A stretch of DNA of 40,103 nucleotides from Jimgerdemannia flammicorona (Eukaryota), in NCBI GenBank assembly GCA_003990765.1, contig RBNJ01000127.1:1-40103 (forward strand). The letters are read 5' to 3'. The notes beneath the pieces are model-generated. The model saw nothing but the letters and a program-made list of their open reading frames with translations. It was not told the origin of the DNA and did not search any database. The position numbers and the translations under genes are program-made. Positions 24,138 to 34,734 of the stretch are shown here, in pieces. Each line of letters begins with the position of its first letter. Position 1 is the stretch's first letter.

Positions 24138-25267
24138 TATTCAATGGATTCAAATCTCCACACAGACCTCTACACTGCCTTCTGCTATATTATTTCCTTT
24201 TCAATATATTTTTATTCTTTGTCTATGGTTGCAAGTGAATTATCAACCTCTTCAAAGAATGCTTTAATCAATTAAACTATTCTCTATTGAAAGCCTGATT
24301 TTGGCTTCACTATAATGAAATGAATATCTACAAGCTTATATGGCATAATCCCTACATATCTATAACTGCCCAAACCATGCTATAGAGGATACTGTATGAT
24401 CATACTATCCCTAAGACTAATGCTGGCCAGAGATATAGTATAGGTCCTTTCCCTCTCACTTATCACAGCCAATGTAAAATCAATAGACTTAATTTCTACA
24501 GTACCAAAGTCCACCAAGAGGCTATTGTGTTGGTCCTCTGGGCCAACCTTCTTAAATACATTTAGTATTCCCCATACTCTAGGCCATGCTGCCTGTATTG
24601 CTGCACTATCACCAGAGTGAAATGATATATTGTACTCAGATATATTACTAAGATCATCCACCTTATACAGCTGAAAAACTATATTAATGAAGATATATCA
24701 CTACGCAAGCCCTTCAGTAGCAACCAGTCCACCCCATATTTGTGGCTCATACTTTCGGGGAACTGCACCATCTGGTTCACATGTTATGGGGCACTTGATC
24801 TCAAAGAGATTACATTCAGCAGAGACTCTAGTCTGTCAGCTATTTTGCATAGCTGTCATCTACAATGCATCATTGGCAGTATGCTATACCACACCAATGC
24901 CATCAGGTGAGTATCTGAACTGATCCACATCTAGAATATCCACTATGCAGATCTCATAACAGTATATCCAGTACCCCAGCTGCAGCTCAGCAAATGCAAT
25001 AGTGACTGACTCGAATGCTGTCCCAAATCCACATGCTGCACTTCTGAATGACTTGCCCTGACCAAGCAGCCTTTCCATAAAGTTCTCCATGAATTTGACA
25101 AAAGAATCATATCAGTTCAAACCCCACATAGTTCCAAGGTCTGAACTACTGATGGTGATATTTAGAAGCTTGTACCATCTTGGATCATGCTGTTTGATGG
25201 CACTATATCAGTGCTGGAACTCTTCAACTGATCTCACCAGCTCTCTTATATTTGTAATGGCTGACAT
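24138..25267 (-). pseudogene. YqaJ/lambda-exonuclease family nuclease, asfarvirus D345L-like; intronless, single frame with in-frame stops
   Basis: KQHDPRWY..TISSSDLGTMWGLN*YDS, SAACGFGTAFE, RYSPDG, LFEIKCP, VPRKYEPQIWGGL, FINIVFQLY, PRVWGI, VDFGT, VGIMPYKL; 3' end approximate. Confidence 0.85.
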
Positions 25268-25354
25268 ATTATCCAAAATAATACTAAAGGAGTTATGGAA
25301 TACCTTTATAGTGATTGAAGACGAACCTAATATTCAGGATGGTGTCTGAGTTAT

Positions 25355-26348
25355 AGTATCTACAATTGTCACTGATATAATTGTATATTCTACATCTATA
25401 ATATTACAGTATGAGCTGTGCATATGATATGATAATAGTGATCAGTGATAGATTTAAACAATATACTGTACTGATCTTCATCCAGATGCATCCAATCATC
25501 TGCTGAGACCTCTAATAATGTAACAGCAGCCTTCTCAAATACTATTACAGTAACCATTATCTATGCAAATATGTAGTACATATTGAAGAGATGGACTAGA
25601 ACACACAACATCACATTTGTTATACATCCACTATCCAACATATTCTGTGAGCTGTCTATTGCACAGGCTGTATGCATTATATGTAATATTCTCTTATTCG
25701 ATAATAGTGATATAGCCTGCGATAGTACTATAGTAGAGCTCATCCAGTGGAATCTCCATATCCAGAAGAGTTCACAGTGTTGAGATTGCCATAACTCTCT
25801 GATAATCAGTCTTGTCATAGCTCTGCATAGTCCACTATAGCTACAGAGCATTACTCTCAGTATTGTCAAGATTCTGTCCAACACAGTTGATATCAGTATA
25901 TGTCAGAGTATACTGAGCACAGAATACCTTTGGTAGTATATTACTAATCACTAGGATATCACCTGTTGCAACTGTCAGATCAATGGCCTGCTGCCCCCAG
26001 AATATAACTGAAACAATACAACCATCTCTACCAACTACCTCAAGTGAACATCAACTTGTGGTACCACCTCTAACATCTGTAGTGACCAGCTCACCACTAT
26101 CTATCACCACACAAAGGATGTCAACAGATGTCTTTCCACAAATATCATCTAATAGTATATAGGAATATACTATCTCTAGATAGTCATCAGGCCCACATGT
26201 TATTATGATTGCAGCATCTCTCATATCCAGAAATTAGTACTTTGGCACATGCTGTAGCCTGGTACCAGTGATGTAGCAACTGCACTCTGATACTAGCTCT
26301 CTAAATACTGCATTACTATTATTTCACTGATATGTATTTTTATAATAT
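25355..26348 (-). pseudogene. RPA1: RPA1-like paralog 2, 3' part (OB folds A-end, B, C), separated from its 5' part by the Ngaro insertion
   Basis: VDILCVVIDSGELVT..GGTTS*CSLEVVGRDGCIVSVIFWGQQA, NLDNTESNAL*L*W, ITYNAYSLCNRQLTE..G*WMYNKC (eroded Zn finger), QYVLHICI, VFEKAAVTLLEVSADD. Confidence 0.8.
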
Positions 26349-26648
26349 ATATAGTTATGAATGCAATTCAAACTTCAGCAAAGTGGCCGAGAGCTGCTTA
26401 ACATTATGTGGAACAATCATGCAATTTCCCCTTGGCAGACTTAGTTTAGCTCATTTCATGCAGTTTTTGTCCCTTTCTATGCCAAAGATAACTTAGCTAG
26501 TGGTGTTTTGAAAAATACGCCAACCATTAATGCAAGTTAGTAACAATGTAATCGGTCCAGCGACTGAGTATTCGTTGCATCTCAGCTAGTCAGGCATATA
26601 TTACGCCAAGTTGCAATTAGTCGCTAGTATTTACAATCAGTTCACATA
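26349..26648 (+). repeat. Ngaro repeat A1
   Basis: atatagttatgaatg.aattcaaacttcagcaaagtggccgagagc ... tttacaatcagttc duplicated at 30825-31125. Confidence 0.95.
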
Positions 26649-26659
26649 TCACATTCACA

Positions 26660-27978
26660 ATGCCCCCAATTCACACTCGGTCTCATGGTTCTTTGGAACC
26701 AGCTATAGCCCCAAGACCAGTTGCCCCCCTAGCCCCCTTACATGAACCTCACCCCTCCCCCATTCCTAATCTATCTGGCCTATGCACTTGTTGCAAAGAA
26801 CAGCTAGTCGCACTGTGTCACGAACATCATCTGCCAGTCGAAGGTCAAAAAGCTGCACTAGTTACGCATCTCAACTTGTACCATCCAAGTCCCAACCCTC
26901 CACCTCAGCTGATTATTGGAGAGCAAGCTGAAGATGCCCTTATTGAATGCTTAATCCCCACTTTAGTTGGGCGCCTTGCAACACATCCATCCATCATACC
27001 GATGGGCCCCAACTTAATTACTCTGCCAGTATCAGGGCTACCGGTGGGCTTGTCACAGGTAATTCCTCTACCGGCCACTACTCCTCTCTCAGCTATGGCC
27101 CCCTTCATGCCGCCACCTCCCATGACAAGGTTGATGTCACAATCGCTGCCAATCTGCAAAGTGGTGAGTCTTCCTTGTCTCTCATTTCAGATGCTGTGCT
27201 TCGACGGAATTGGGTACCGCCTGACTTGCTGGCATCACTAGATGCGGGCGACTATCAGATTCTATCCGAATGGACCGGCAGTGCTCTTATTTCGCGATCA
27301 AGCAGCTGCAAAAAAGCAGATATACACATGCCTGACTGCGACCTAGATCTACCACTGTGGCTCAAAGCCATCTTTAACATCCGAGGTGCTCTACTGGCTC
27401 TGGGTACCACCCGATCGACCTTGCTTGCATCCCATGCTCCTCAACTTCTTACCCATGCAATCTTTATCGTTAAAGCGATAAATGATCATTATGACTGGGT
27501 GGCACTTCAACGCTTTGACTGTCAAGTTCGTACACTCAAGGTCTCCTTCCCTGACTTGGACATCAGCAATCCAGACATGGTTTGCCATACATTCGAGACA
27601 ATTGTCGGCCAACCTTCCTCAGCACCCTTAGTATACCAATGTCACTCTACATTCTCCTATGCTGGATCTCATGCAGTGGGAAGTTCATCAACTGCCCACC
27701 CAGCTGGTGGCCCAAAACCGGTCTCATCCACCAACCTCTTGTGCTTTCGATGTGGGGTGTGGGGACATGCCATCAGCTCCTACACCCAAACCCCACTCCA
27801 GCGTCCTACTTTCCCATCCAAGCCAGACGATCCTATCTACCCAGATGGTGCAGCAAGCTCGGTCTGTCATAACTTTAACAGCTCTGGTTGCTCCTATCGA
27901 AACTGTGGTCAAGTGCACATATGCCTCTTCTGCTATAGACCTCACACAGCCCCGGCTTGCTCTGCTCGCCATGGCTAA
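26660..27978 (+). pseudogene. Ngaro ORF1 (gag-like) with SAP-like motif, CCHC knuckle and C-terminal Cys/His finger; frameshifted
   Basis: KEQLVALCHEHHLPVEGQKAALVTHL; CFRCGVWGHAISS; CHNFNSSGCSYRNCGQVHICLFCYRPHTAPAC; split between ORFs 26660..27241 and 26947..27978. Confidence 0.85.
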
Positions 27979-29713
27979 TCTCTTGATTCCCCCCACTTCT
28001 AGTCACCCAACCACCCTGTACCATATTAAGGAGTGGAAAAGGGTACTGCGTTCGCATCCAAACCAATCACTCGTTCAGTACCACCTAACAGGTCTCTACC
28101 ACGATTATCAGCACGGAAATCACTCTCACCCTGAGCTTCGCATCAACCTCATATCCGACAACCTTACCTCCACTTACCAGCACCAAGAAGTTCTCTCCAC
28201 CAACATTCTCACTGAGCTAGCTGCGGGTGGCTATCTTGGCCCATTTTCGTCTCTCTCCTCCATACTACCAGAATTCCGCCCCTTTTGCAATGCACCCCTT
28301 GGTGCCATTCCTAAAAAGCACTCGTCCAAATTTCATACTATACAACATCTATCCTTTCCCTACGGGAGTTCAGTCAATGACAGAATCAATCCTGAGGAGT
28401 TCTCAATCCAGTACCAGTCTATTCAAGCCGTCATTCTCCTTCTCCTCTCAGTCAGCTCTACTGCGCTCTTCTGGAAGGCCGATGTGGCTGATGCCTTCCG
28501 CACCATCCCAGTACACCGCTCCGATTGGGCTATGCAGGATATCTGCTGGCTTGGTCTTTTCTTCCTCGACATGTTCCTCCCCTTTGGTCTTTGCTCTGCT
28601 CCCTTTATCTTCATATCTCTCATGGACCTCTTTACCTGGATCTGTATTTAACTATACATTCTTCCTAACTTGGGCCATTTCATTGATGACTTTATTTACG
28701 TCGCACCTCCGTCCAGCACATTCTCCTCCTATAATCAATTTCATGCTACCGCATCTCGATTCGGCCTCCCACTCAAACCCTCCAAAGATATTCCTCCTAC
28801 TCCAACTATAGAGTATGTTGGCTTCATTCTCGACGCTCCGACAATGACGATTAGTCTCCCAATGGAGAAACGCACATGTATTCTCACCTTACTAGCATCA
28901 TGGCTTACACCGGCTCAGCAGACTCAATCATACCATCTATGTCCACATTCACACCATGAAGCTCAATCACTCTCGGGCCATCTTATGCACATTGTTCAAA
29001 TACTTCCAGATGGGAAGGTGTTTTGCGACAGCATCATTCACTTTGCTTCCTCTTGGAAACTGCCCTATGCGGGGCAGCGTTTTCCACCTCCTTGACTAGC
29101 CACTGACTTACAGTGGTGGTATGATATTCTACACTCATGGCCAGATCATCGCCTGCTCTGCCATTCCAAGTGGCTCGATTGTAGTCTGTTTACAGATGTA
29201 TCTGGGACACTTGGTGCCAGTGGCCTGCTGGGCCAACGCTGGTGGAGTACTCGTTGGGCTCCCTCCTTCTTAGATCTGAATGGCTATGACATATTCTGGA
29301 AAGAAATGTTTGCCATTTGGGTCTCATTGGTGCTCTGGGGCCCCTTGTTTTGTTCTCAACGTATTATTCTCTAGTGTGATAGCCAGCCCTGTGTCAAATC
29401 ATTGACCAGTGGTCGGGCATGCCATCATCCTCTTGTCAATGACTTACTTCATCGTATCATTCTCTTACATCTCGAAATCGGATTCGAAATTCAAGCTCGT
29501 TACATCCCTTCAGCATCTAACCCTGTAGACCCCTTATCTCGCCATATACTTCCTCCATATCCCCAGGACCCATTGCCTACATTAATCACATCCCTCTTTG
29601 GCTTCGCCATCAATTCGACACCTGCCTCTACCAACGCACCCACACTCGAACGGGTAACTTCTGGTCAGGCACCAATTCTCTACACTGATTTCTCAACTCC
29701 TGCAATATCGTAG
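27971..29713 (+). pseudogene. Ngaro ORF2 reverse transcriptase + RNase H (in-frame stops)
   Basis: PLGAIPKK..HLSFP.GSSVND, KADVADAFR, LPFGLCSAPFIF, HFIDDF, IEYVGF; RNase H FTDVSG, IFWKEMFA, CDSQ, YIPSASNPVDPLSR. Confidence 0.92.
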
Positions 29714-30636
29714 AGACTGCTGCTTTCTCTCTTCAAGATGAATTACTCAGTTATTGGGCTCTTTGGCTTGTCCAAGATGGCAAGCCCTACTCCACCATCA
29801 AGAACTACTTTGATGATCTCACAGCCTATCAGATCACTCACTGATATGGTCCTCCACTCCAGCACCTTTCTCTACCCCTCTTCAACATCATTATGAAGTC
29901 TATTCAGACTCACCCACCACCTTCCAGTTCACTTGACCAGCTTTCTATTATGTGCCAACACCTCTGGTCTATCTGTCTCTCTCTCCACATAGACACTCCT
30001 TTTGGTGCTACTATTTGGGCAGTGGCGTGCTCTGCTTTTTATGGCTTAATGCGTGTTGGTGAATTTACTACTCAAGATGGCTCCATATTCAATCCGAATT
30101 GGCAAATTTGTCATCACCATCTTCATTGCCAACAGGATGACACCCTTTCTTGACCATTCTGGGCTCTACATCTTCCCCGAACAAAAATAGGCAGAGCAGG
30201 CGACGTCTTCCTTGGCTTCTCTGGTGCCTTCGATTGCCCGTGCACTGCAATTGACAACATGGTCCATATTCACCCAGCACAACCTCATGACCCCACCTTC
30301 TGCCTTGGCCTGGGCCAACCACTTTCTTGATCTACATTCATTGAAACGATTCGATCTTCGCTCACAGGCACCTCTCTAGCTGTCGGTATTTATGGTCACT
30401 CCTTTCGAATTGGTGGTGCCACGCTTCTGGTAGCTGGGGGCTATCCTGATCATGTCATTCAACTTACTGGTCGATGGAAATCCACCGTATTTCTCTGCTA
30501 CATTCGACACCTTGACCACATTCTCCCCAAAACCATGGCAACACTAGTAGGACTCTCTCTACCTGATCTTCAGCAGGCCATGGGTTTGGCCGGTAATGGC
30601 CGAATTTTGCCCATAAGTGGTTTATGGCACCATTAG
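29560..30636 (+). pseudogene. Ngaro ORF3 tyrosine recombinase (in-frame stops; start approximate)
   Basis: AFYGLMRVGEFT, LHLPRTK, GHSFRIGGAT, IQLTGRWKSTVFLCYIR (R-K-HxxR-W-Y set). Confidence 0.92.
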
Positions 30637-30669
30637 GAGCCTAAAACCACTTCCCAGGCCCACAGTTTT

Positions 30670-31322
30670 GGCCCCCTTCGCTAATGCGAATGGCGGGCCT
30701 TGGAGGCATATGCTTCCATATAGCCAAACCTACCCCACTTCATCCCCTATACACATTCTACATTTTACGCTTCATAATCCCCCCTTTTCTACTTCGTTGA
30801 ATTGGTCACTCGATAGACACTTTGATATAGTTATGAATGTAATTCAAACTTCAGCAAAGTGGCCGAGAGCTGCTTAACATTATGCGGAACAATCATGCAA
30901 TTTCCCCTTGGCGGACTTAGTTTAGCTCATTTCATGCAGTTTCTTGTCCCTTTCTATGCCAAAGATAACTTAGCTAGTGGTGTTTTGAAAAATATGCCAA
31001 CCATTAATACGAGTTAGTAACAATGTAATTGGTCCAACGACTGAGTATTCATCGCATCTCAGCTAGTCAGGCGTATACTATGCCAAGTTGCAATTAGTCG
31101 CTAGTATTTACAATCAGTTCGTGTAACTCTCCCACCCATCCCCTTTTAGTAGTATATAATAAAAGAAGGCCCCCTTCACTAATGCGAATGGCGGGCCTTG
31201 GAGGCATATGCTTCCATATAGCCAAATCTACCCCGCTTCATCCCCTATACACATTCTATATTTTATGCTTCATAATTCCCCCTTTTCTACTTTGTTGAAT
31301 TGGTCACTTGATAGATACTTTG
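30670..31322 (+). repeat. Ngaro 3' repeats B1 (30670-30824), A2 (30825-31125), 42-bp spacer, B2 (31168-31322)
   Basis: ggcccccttc.ctaatgcgaatggcgggcc...gataga.actttg present twice, flanking A2. Confidence 0.95.
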
Positions 31323-32606
31323 CCTATCATTATAGAGACAGTTAGGAAAGCCATTACAGGTGTTTAGCATAATACTATCTACTGAATACTCACCCCACTC
31401 TGATCACAGACCGTTAGACTGAACTTCTCATTCATAATACTAGTTTGGCTTATAACTAGCACATGAACTGTAATACCAGATGTATGTGGTATTAACTTGC
31501 TGATAGAGGTGATTTTGGAGAATGATATTACCTTCTGGTGCTTGACCTTTGTCATTATATTATCCTAGAGACTACTTTGGAGACCTGGGAGCTTCACCCA
31601 TCACTATTTTGTTGAATTCTCGAATCACAAGGTGGCTGTTATATATATAAAATACTGATTATGCTTATATATAATACAATTACAAAGGCCAACACATATA
31701 GGATATATATGTAGATTCACACTTAGTCTTATACTCATAATCACTGATGCAAATAATTGTGAATTCCTCTATATCAATAGAATTCATAGATATTGCTATA
31801 TACAAAAATCTCATATTAGTCACCAAAATACCACTGCAGTCTTTATCTACAAGTCAGGCATACATATCCAGCATAGTTTGGTCACCATCAGAGATAATGC
31901 ATATTGTTTCAGTAAGGACTAGAACCTGGTCCCTATAGCTTGACACATCATCCACTGAAACCTATTCAACCTTAAGTACCTGTAGAATAATATTGTTGGA
32001 TAGAGTGAACTGCTCCTTTCCAATGCCTGCAACAAAACCTTTAGTGAGAGCAGGTGGGATAGAGAAGGTAGAAGAGATATTTGTGAGAGGCAGAGTCTCA
32101 GTACTGATACTAAGAGGTGCTGACTCATCTTGAACAAAGACTGACTGACTTGTTAATCCTCTTAGCTGGAGTTCAGATTACAGTGAATTCAAGAATTAAA
32201 CAGAAACTACAGTTTTTCATGAACAGTAGAATATTGTTAATTCTAGTGTCAAAAAATGTCAGAACAGTAGAAATGGCATACATACACATGGCCATCAATC
32301 ACCAAAGGTTCAAATTCATCAATACAAATAACTGAATTCAAGGCAACTCCATCTAGAATAGTATAAGTTGTTGCATGTATATAATGCATACCATCCGAGA
32401 TAACCAGACTATGGAAGTTATATGACACTTGTAAATAGACATCATGGTATATAATTTTGAACAAAAAAACTGAAAATATAATAGAAGACTCACATTGGCA
32501 GCTATATTTTTAATATCTGTACAATAGGTGTCAATACTACACTCAAATTATGATATAGAATATATACTGAAGAATTATCAAGTGGAGAATCAGAAGCAGA
32601 AACCAT
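31323..32606 (-). pseudogene. RPA1: RPA1-like paralog 2, 5' part (two tandem RPA70N-like OB domains and start of DBD-A), intron-containing
   Basis: ATG 32606: LTPIVQILKI|..HSLVISDGMHYIHA..LNSVICIDEF; second copy ALTKGFV..IILQVLKVE..CIISDGDQTML..FTIICISDY; then ITSISKLIPHTSGITVHVLV..FSLTVCDQSG|GTGAGT..CTAAC..GATAG. Confidence 0.75.
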
Positions 32607-32714
32607 AATATAAAGAAAAGACCAACCAGATTGAAAAAGAAAGAAAGAGATAGTATATATATCAAATTGTGACTGTGAGTGACTATATTAAGTACTGAAT
32701 GGATCTTAGCAATC

Positions 32715-32954
32715 GATTATATTAGTATAATTAATAGTATATAGGAGCAAACACATCTTTTGCTCAAAAACCTCCTAAGTGACTTCGAATTTTTTATCTG
32801 GCCAATGAAATCACATTTAGCATAACCCTTTTCATTGAAAGGATTACACTAAATGACAGCTCATTAGCTGGGCAAAAAATTTGAAGTCACTTAGGAGGTT
32901 TTTGAGCAAAAGATGTGTTTGCTCCTATATACTATTAACTATACTAATATAACC
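32715..32954. repeat. Long inverted repeat (~94-bp arms, ~52-bp loop); MITE or hairpin
   Basis: ttatattagtata.ttaatagtatataggagcaaacacatcttttgctcaaaaacctcctaagtgacttc.aattttt is the reverse complement of 32861-32954. Confidence 0.9.
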
Positions 32955-33149
32955 TATTCTCTTTGATCATTCTAGGAGAATTGTCAGATATATATTCTAT
33001 AATTTGTTGAACCCCAATATATATAAAGTATCTCCCAAACTATACCTGCTTTCATTTTATTTATAAAATATTACAATAGCTGATGATTTTAAAATCTCTT
33101 ACATTCTAGCTGCAACTATAGGTAAGCTTGACTGATTTTTACTAGAGCA

Positions 33150-34728
33150 AAGATATGGCAACAATCTGAGTATGGAGCAGAATAATATATTATATGCTGT
33201 AGTAGACAATGGTCAGAATATATTCTGTATAGGCTCTGCAGGTAAACTATATTTCTTGTCTGAGTTTGTTTGGGATCATATAATATATTATATACAAAGC
33301 TGATATACTCTTTATCAGGGACAGGGAAAACATGGCTACTCCTGTGAATGATTGCTCTTCTCGCAGAGAAGCATGATGAAGAGAATATTGCTATAACTGT
33401 AACAACTGGTATAGCAGCCTCCCATATCAATGGTCAAATGATCCACAGCTTTACAGAGATTAGCAATGGTGCAAAAAGTGTAGAAGAGCTTATATCCAGC
33501 ATAATGAAAAATGCTACAGTGCAAGATCAATGGAAGACTGCTGTAGTGCTTATTATTGATGAGATATCAATATTGAGTCATAAGCTATTTCAAAAGCTTG
33601 AGAAAATTGTGTGAAATATTTGTGGAAGAGATGTACCATAGAGTGGTCTCAAAATTATCATTATGGGTGATTTCTATCAACTCCCCCCTGTTGTGGTTGA
33701 ACAAGATTCCAGAGGAATATATGCTTTCCAGGCTATATTATGGGCAGCATCTATTCACCTAACATTTGTTCTCAAAGAGGTATATAGGCAAAGGGATCCT
33801 GGTATATATGTATTTCTATTGGCCATTCTAGTATTTATTGAGTCTCTTGTTAATAGCTATCTTTGTAGACTTTATCCAGATATTAAATAAATTGCATGTT
33901 GGCCAAGTGACCAAAAAAACAGAGGATATAATGAAGTCTTTGAAACATCCACTAGCCCTTCCTGACCAAAGAATCATTCTGGTATCACTATAAGTATCTC
34001 ATTTTCTTATAGTCCTTCTTTGAATCTATCTGAGATTTAGGACTCTTTACCTTAATGAAATTTGCTTTGTCTAGCTTTCCAATCCATAAGAAGGTATAAG
34101 AAATAAATTGTCATCAGCTCTAAAAGTTGATGGGCAAAGCCCATCGCTATGTTGCAATTGACAGTGGAGATATAACAATGGTTGAGAAGCTGTGTTTGTT
34201 TCCTCAGATATTAGACTTAAAGGTGGGTGCATGGGTAATCCTGCTGAAAAATATGATAGAAAACCTGGTAAATAGCAGTGCAGGAATCATCGAGAGTTTT
34301 GTCAAGGACCAGAGTGAGAGCATATCATACCCCAAAGTATGGTTTGACAATGGAATAATCCAAACAATCTGGCCAGAAGTATGGAAAAATGAAGACAGGT
34401 ATATATAAAAATTATTGTTTTTGTCATCTGTTTTGTTTACAAAACTCTGACTGATAAACTACTCTCAAACACATCAGATGGACTAATCCTGGCCAGATAT
34501 GTACAGCTGTCACTAGATCTGACATGGACATTATCAATACATAAATCACAAGGAATGACCATTGAATATATTGTAATTGATTATATACAGATATTTGCAG
34601 CTGGGCAGTTATATATAGGTATATCTTGTACAAAGTCTCCCAATGGATTGCAGGTACTGAACTTCAGTCATACAAAATGTATTGTAGATACTACTGTCAC
34701 AGCCTTCTATAAAAGATTGAACAGCTGA
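33150..34728 (+). pseudogene. PIF1: PIF1/RRM3-family 5'-3' DNA helicase (intron-containing, core only)
   Basis: LSMEQ..QNIFCIGSAG|TGKT, ITVTTGIAASHINGQMIHSF, LIIDEISIL, GDFYQLPPV, LKEVYRQRD, LKVGAWVILLKN..LVNSSAGII, IHKSQGMT, FAAGQLYIGIS, GLQVLNF..VTAFY. Confidence 0.93.
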
Positions 34729-34734
34729 TTTGAT

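Larger units (their letters stand above)
26349..31322 (+). mobile_element. Complete Ngaro-type (DIRS order) tyrosine-recombinase retrotransposon with split direct repeats A1-[gag, RT/RNaseH, YR]-B1-A2-B2
   Basis: A1 26349-26648 = A2 30825-31125; B1 30670-30824 = B2 31168-31322; three overlapping ORFs; no target-site duplication; sharp composition change at both ends. Confidence 0.95.

Noticed and set aside
29560-30636. Tyrosine recombinase as the integrase (Starship-like captain) of the large element
   Set aside because: It is ORF3 of the Ngaro retrotransposon, bounded by its split repeats and inserted later into RPA1-2.
33150-34728. Helitron (PIF1 plus RPA1 are typical Helitron genes)
   Set aside because: No HUH Rep domain is fused upstream, the motifs are of the cellular Pif1/Rrm3 type, and no Helitron termini were identified.
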